A DNA stretch of 64,000 nucleotides from [Archangium] primigenium. Lineage in GTDB: Bacteria > Myxococcota > Myxococcia > Myxococcales > Myxococcaceae. The stretch is from positions 7,049,224-7,113,223 of the forward strand of contig NZ_JADWYI010000001.1 in assembly GCF_016904885.1 (NCBI RefSeq), in the 5' to 3' direction. This document shows positions 60,496-64,000 of the stretch, piece by piece (the stretch's first letter is position 1; each line of letters opens with the position of its first letter). Both the position numbers and the translations under genes were made by a program. Under the pieces are notes generated by a model. The model was given only the letters and a program-made list of their open reading frames with translations. It was not told where the DNA came from and did no database searches.

Positions 60496-60869
60496 GGTGG
60501 GCCGCCCAACGCGACAAGGCCGAGCCCGCCGTGGTGCAGGCCCTGCAACTCGCCGGGTGGACGGTGGAGAAGGTGTCCGCCCCGGGCTTCCCCGACTTGC
60601 TGTGCGTGCGCCGCGGGCAAGTGGTGCTGCTCGAGGTGAAGTCCGAGCGCGGCCGCATGCAGCGCGCCCAGGTGGAGTTGCACGCCCGCGTGCGCGCGGC
60701 CGGCCTCGTCGTGGCGGTGGTGACGACGCCCGAGGAGGCCCTCGCTGCGGTGCGCGGGGAAGTCCGCCGCTCCGCCCTCACCGAGCGCGCCGAGAAGCCC
60801 CGCGGCGCGGCTCGCTCGCTGTTGTCCCGTGCCGTCCCCAACACCTACCCGAAGGGAGAGAAGCCATGA
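60492..60869 (+). CDS. VRR-NUC domain nuclease
   Basis: GFPDLLCVRRGQVVLLEVKSERGRMQRAQ (PD-(D/E)xK core). Confidence 0.6.
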   Translation: MRWAAQRDKAEPAVVQALQLAGWTVEKVSAPGFPDLLCVRRGQVVLLEVKSERGRMQRAQVELHARVRAAGLVVAVVTTPEEALAAVRGEVRRSALTERAEKPRGAARSLLSRAVPNTYPKGEKP

Positions 60870-61309
60870 GCTGCAACAGGCCCCCACGTCCTACGCAGGC
60901 GAAGTGCGCCGACTGTCCCACCCTGGTGTCGGTGAAGAAGGTCGGCAAGGTGCCCAAGCGCTGCCCCAAGTGCGAGAGGACGTACTGGAAGGCCTACCGG
61001 CGCGAGGCCAACAAGCAGAAGCGCGAATGGAAGAAGCAGCACGGAGACGTGCCCATGCGACAAAAGCACACGGGCCCCTTCGCCCTGGGCCCGGAGCGGC
61101 CGGAGCTTGGGATGACGTCGAAAGAGTTCTCCGCATGGAAGGCGCGACGCGCGGTGGAGTTGTACGTGCGCGAGCCTGACCTGAACATGGAGTTGATTGC
61201 CGAGCGAGTGGGTCTCAGTGACAGCGAGGTGCAGCGTCTCGTGACGGAGGCCGATATTGAGCGGCACTCCCGAGTGCAGCAGTTCCTCCCGTTTGGGTTG
61301 CCGGCCTGA
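60866..61309 (+). CDS. Zinc-ribbon (CxxC...CxxC) protein with C-terminal HTH-like region
   Basis: CADCPTLVSVKKVGKVPKRCPKCE. C-terminus LIAERVGLSDSEVQRLV. Confidence 0.4.
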   Translation: MSCNRPPRPTQAKCADCPTLVSVKKVGKVPKRCPKCERTYWKAYRREANKQKREWKKQHGDVPMRQKHTGPFALGPERPELGMTSKEFSAWKARRAVELYVREPDLNMELIAERVGLSDSEVQRLVTEADIERHSRVQQFLPFGLPA

Positions 61310-62300
61310 TCAACGCGCCGCGCCACCGACATCGTGGCGCGGCTGTTCCATCAGGGGAACGGCACGCAGCAGTGTGCCGTTCCTCGTTAAATCAGGCCGC
61401 TCGAGGTAGATGCAGCAGAGCAGGCGGCGGCGTGCCATAGGTCAGTCGCCAAGTGATTTCTGCTTGGAGAATGAGTGGCATCTTCCGAAAATTGGGATTC
61501 CGCCGGTATTGAGCGAGAGCATTTTCGAACGACCCAGCGACCCAGTTTCCCGTTCGGTCAGCAGAGATAGGGCCGTGGATCAAGGGAATGCCTAGCTTTA
61601 CGTAGCACTGCTTCCAGGGTCGTTCGACTCGGACGAATCCGTCGCGTTCCATGGACGCGACAAACACTAGGGCATCGCACCGACGACCACTAAGGTGTGA
61701 GGGTGTAGTCGTGCAGAATCCGCAGCGAACGCAGAGAGTAAACGGGCGGCTCATTCGTTCGCCCCCCTTCGCTTCTCGTACCGTACACGGTACAGATCAG
61801 TCTCCCTTGCGCAGCACAAGAAACTGGTGCACCATGCGCGGTACAGATTCGTGATGTCGACCCTTCCTGGTCGCATCTTGGATGTGGCAGTCATGTGCAG
61901 TCCTTTCGTCGATTCGAGCGACGGAACCAGGAGACTTCGGCGCGCTAACGCCGAAGTCTCCGTGTTTGCGCGTGGCACCATTCACGCGAACTCACAACCT
62001 CGCCTGAGAACCAGAATTCGTCAACGTGCTCCGCCAATATTACGCGTGTGGGCGGATGTGGCTCGCTGTGTTTCATGGGTAACCGAGGTTTGATCGCCTT
62101 GCGTTCCGCCCTGGCGTGCGCGACCTGAACGACAAATTAGCGCAATCTCGCTGTTCTGTCTGAGTACCCCCGCAGAATTGCTTAGGGCACTTGCGCCGCC
62201 AGCGTCTGCTTGCCTCAGTCCATAGGTAGACAACCCTCCTGAGTCGCGACGGCACTCCTCTCGGAGACACCCGCGTCTGAGGAGACAAGAGCACGTTCCA
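61310..62300. other. Low-GC (about 55%) non-coding tract with inverted and direct repeats
   Basis: No credible ORF. GTTCGACTC (61622-30) is identical to the tRNA-Arg T-arm. 21-bp near-palindrome at 61641-61. GTACCGT-AC-ACGGTAC. CGGTACAGAT x2. 13-bp hairpin at 61930-61. Confidence 0.6.
61317..61389 (+). terminator. Two tandem perfect 10-bp hairpins ending the island operon
   Basis: GCCGCGCCAC-7-GTGGCGCGGC and GGAACGGCAC-8-GTGCCGTTCC followed by TCGTTAAAT. Confidence 0.5.
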
Positions 62301-62544
62301 GGCCACGAGCGCCCGCGCCGCTTCTCCCTGGGCATGACCACCTTCTTCACGAAGCGCCAGCGCGCGCTCGCGGGACTGCCGGCCGAGGACGAGCCCTCCA
62401 CCTCCGTGCCCAGCCTGCCCCCGCGGTGCTGTGACCAGGCCACGTCCGATCGCTGCGGCTGCGAAGTCGTCCGGTGGAAGTGCCCCGCCCACGGGGCCAC
62501 CGGCCCGGACTGCAACCCGCGCTTCACCCACGACTAGCGCGCCC

Positions 62545-63006
62545 ATGCCCTGCCCATGCCCACCTCCCCTGCCCCCGCTGCGCGAGCTGCTACAGGCTCT
62601 CGGCCACCTCGCCCCGCCCGAGGCCGAGCACCACATGGAGACGCTCGAATCCCTGGAGGAGCGCCAGGCCAATACCCGGGCCCGCCTCGCCCACGAGGAG
62701 GCCAGCCTCGCCCGCGTGGTGCCGGACGGGACGCGCTCCGCCAGCGAGGCGTGGTGCCTGTACGCCTCCGCCGTCTCCGCCGCGCGCCGCGCCTCACGCC
62801 AGCTCGCCGTGGACGAGGCGGTGCTGCGCGAGAGCCTGGAGGACGCGCTCTTCTGGGCCCGCCAGCGCCAGGCCCAGGGTGTCGTCCACTGCGCGGCCTG
62901 CCGGGGCACGGGGGAAGACTCCCGCCCCGCGCCGGGCAGCGCCCTGGAGGGAGCCGCCTGCCCCGCGTGCGAGGGCCGGGGCCGCGTGCGCCTGCACGGC
63001 CGGTGA
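62545..63006 (+). CDS. Hypothetical protein with C-terminal CxxC-x-CxxC
   Basis: 153 aa. Weak call in a GC-rich region. Confidence 0.3.
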   Translation: MPCPCPPPLPPLRELLQALGHLAPPEAEHHMETLESLEERQANTRARLAHEEASLARVVPDGTRSASEAWCLYASAVSAARRASRQLAVDEAVLRESLEDALFWARQRQAQGVVHCAACRGTGEDSRPAPGSALEGAACPACEGRGRVRLHGR

Positions 63007-63072
63007 GGGGCACCCCTTCTGCCTCCTGGGCCCGGCAAGCACTCCCGCGAGCCGCCGCCCAGGAGCCTCACC

Positions 63073-64000
63073 ATGACGAAGCGCTTCGCCTTCTCCGCCG
63101 TCCTGCCCTTCCTCCTGCTGTCCCAGGCCTGCACCCCCGAGCCCCAGCCCCCGGCGCCCGCGGTGGCGCCCAAGCTCATCCTCCACCACGCCCGGGTGTT
63201 CACCGCCACGGGCGGCGCGGACGCCGAGGCGGTGGCCGTGGGCGCGGACGGGAAGTACGCGGCCGTTGGCACCAACGCCGAGGTGCTGGCGCTCGCGGGC
63301 CCGGACACCCAGGTGGTGGACATGAGCGCCACCTGCCCCACCCCGGGCGTGGCCTGCAAGGTGCTGCTCCCCACCTGGGACGACGCGCACACGCACATGG
63401 TGGGCTTCAACCCCAGCGACGGCATCCTCAACGATCCCGCCGCCTTCCTCCCGGGTGACGGGCCCACGCTGGAGCAGGTGCAGGCCCTCTTCCGCCAGGC
63501 GCTCGCCGCCCAGAAGCCGGACGGCTCCGGCCCGCTCCTCCCGAAGGGCAGTCGCCTCGTGGCCTACGTGGGCACCTCCTTCCTCACGGACGCGGCGGCC
63601 ACCCGGGACGCGCTCGACTCCGTGTGCGGCGAGGACTACCTGTGCCTCGCCCGCGGCTGGTCCGGCCATGGCACCGTGGCGGCCAGCCCGACGCTCACGC
63701 ACTGCGGCCTCTCCGACACCCAGCCGGACATCCCCGGCGGCTACTACGAGCGGGACGCCTCGGGCCGCATCACCGGCAAGCTGCATGAGGCGGCCGAAAT
63801 CCGCTTCCTGCGCTGCTGGATTGGCGAGGCCTCGGACGAGCAACTCGCGGGCCTCATGAAGGCCTACGCCACCACGGCGGTGAAGTACGGCGTGGGCCGG
63901 GTGCAGGACATGAGCCTGGGCATGGAGCACGCCCGGGCCGTGCGCGTCACCCAGCTGGCGCAGCTGCCGCTCCGCGCGCGTGTCATGTGCCTGCCGGGCA
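63073..64000 (+). CDS. Amidohydrolase-family lipoprotein (partial, continues beyond the window)
   Basis: Signal/lipobox LLLSQAC, metal-binding DAHTH. No stop before the window end. Confidence 0.6.
   Translation, partial: MTKRFAFSAVLPFLLLSQACTPEPQPPAPAVAPKLILHHARVFTATGGADAEAVAVGADGKYAAVGTNAEVLALAGPDTQVVDMSATCPTPGVACKVLLPTWDDAHTHMVGFNPSDGILNDPAAFLPGDGPTLEQVQALFRQALAAQKPDGSGPLLPKGSRLVAYVGTSFLTDAAATRDALDSVCGEDYLCLARGWSGHGTVAASPTLTHCGLSDTQPDIPGGYYERDASGRITGKLHEAAEIRFLRCWIGEASDEQLAGLMKAYATTAVKYGVGRVQDMSLGMEHARAVRVTQLAQLPLRARVMCLPG

Noticed and set aside
61392-62527. Short ORFs inside the low-GC tail (61392..61754-, 61827..62093+, 62021..62527-)
   Set aside because: No family resemblance. The region is better explained as non-coding repeat-rich DNA.

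Overview
High-GC (about 70%) myxobacterial-type chromosomal segment (Myxococcus/Corallococcus-like codon usage). The first 54 kb is mostly core genome and the last 10 kb is an accessory island. The core part contains the following, in order. (1) lysS, then an ECF sigma/anti-sigma pair, then prfB carrying the canonical CTT-TGA-C +1 frameshift site. (2) A DUF4105 membrane protein, a cupin-YbeY fusion, a PgpH-like 7TM-HD hydrolase and PhoH. (3) DUF4388 and TPR membrane proteins. (4) A mazG-like gene, rpsT with a TTG start, an lptE-like lipoprotein and leuS. (5) A single-domain response regulator and fpg/nei. (6) A chemosensory operon on the minus strand: cheY, cheA, cheW, cheW, a HEAT-repeat protein, cheR, cheB and a putative Fe/2OG oxygenase. 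It has no MCP and sits directly downstream of nusB and the rib genes. (7) A riboflavin block of ribH, ribBA, ribE and ribD, with a PilZ gene on the opposite strand between ribE and ribD, followed by nrdR, glyA and rpiB. (8) A fatty-acid synthesis block of fabF, acpP, fabG, fabD and plsX, with rpmF on the opposite strand and yceD beyond it. (9) A phosphate module: two OmpR-type response regulators, a PhoR-like kinase, pstSCAB-phoU, and then a GT2/GT21-like glycosyltransferase and a metallophosphoesterase. Each unit of this module is preceded by direct repeats of (T/C)GTCAC with 11-bp periodicity, which look like Pho boxes. At 54414 there is a tRNA-Arg(CCG). Immediately after it begins an integrase-less island of about 8 kb (54.5 to 62.3 kb). 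The island starts with a frameshifted Arr-like (rifampin ADP-ribosyltransferase-like) remnant. It continues with a chain of eight plus-strand genes joined by ATGA overlaps: a coiled-coil protein, a small HTH protein, an AT-hook protein, an ASCH-like protein, a tandem-repeat protein with a DnaA-N-like C-terminus, a micro-membrane peptide, a VRR-NUC nuclease and a zinc-ribbon protein. This is a phage- or plasmid-like replication module. It ends in two hairpin terminators and a 1-kb low-GC (about 55%) non-coding tail rich in inverted and direct repeats, including a 9-mer identical to the tRNA T-arm. The window finishes with small Cys-rich ORFs and a partial amidohydrolase lipoprotein. Most long antisense ORFs in the six-frame track are GC-rich artefacts.
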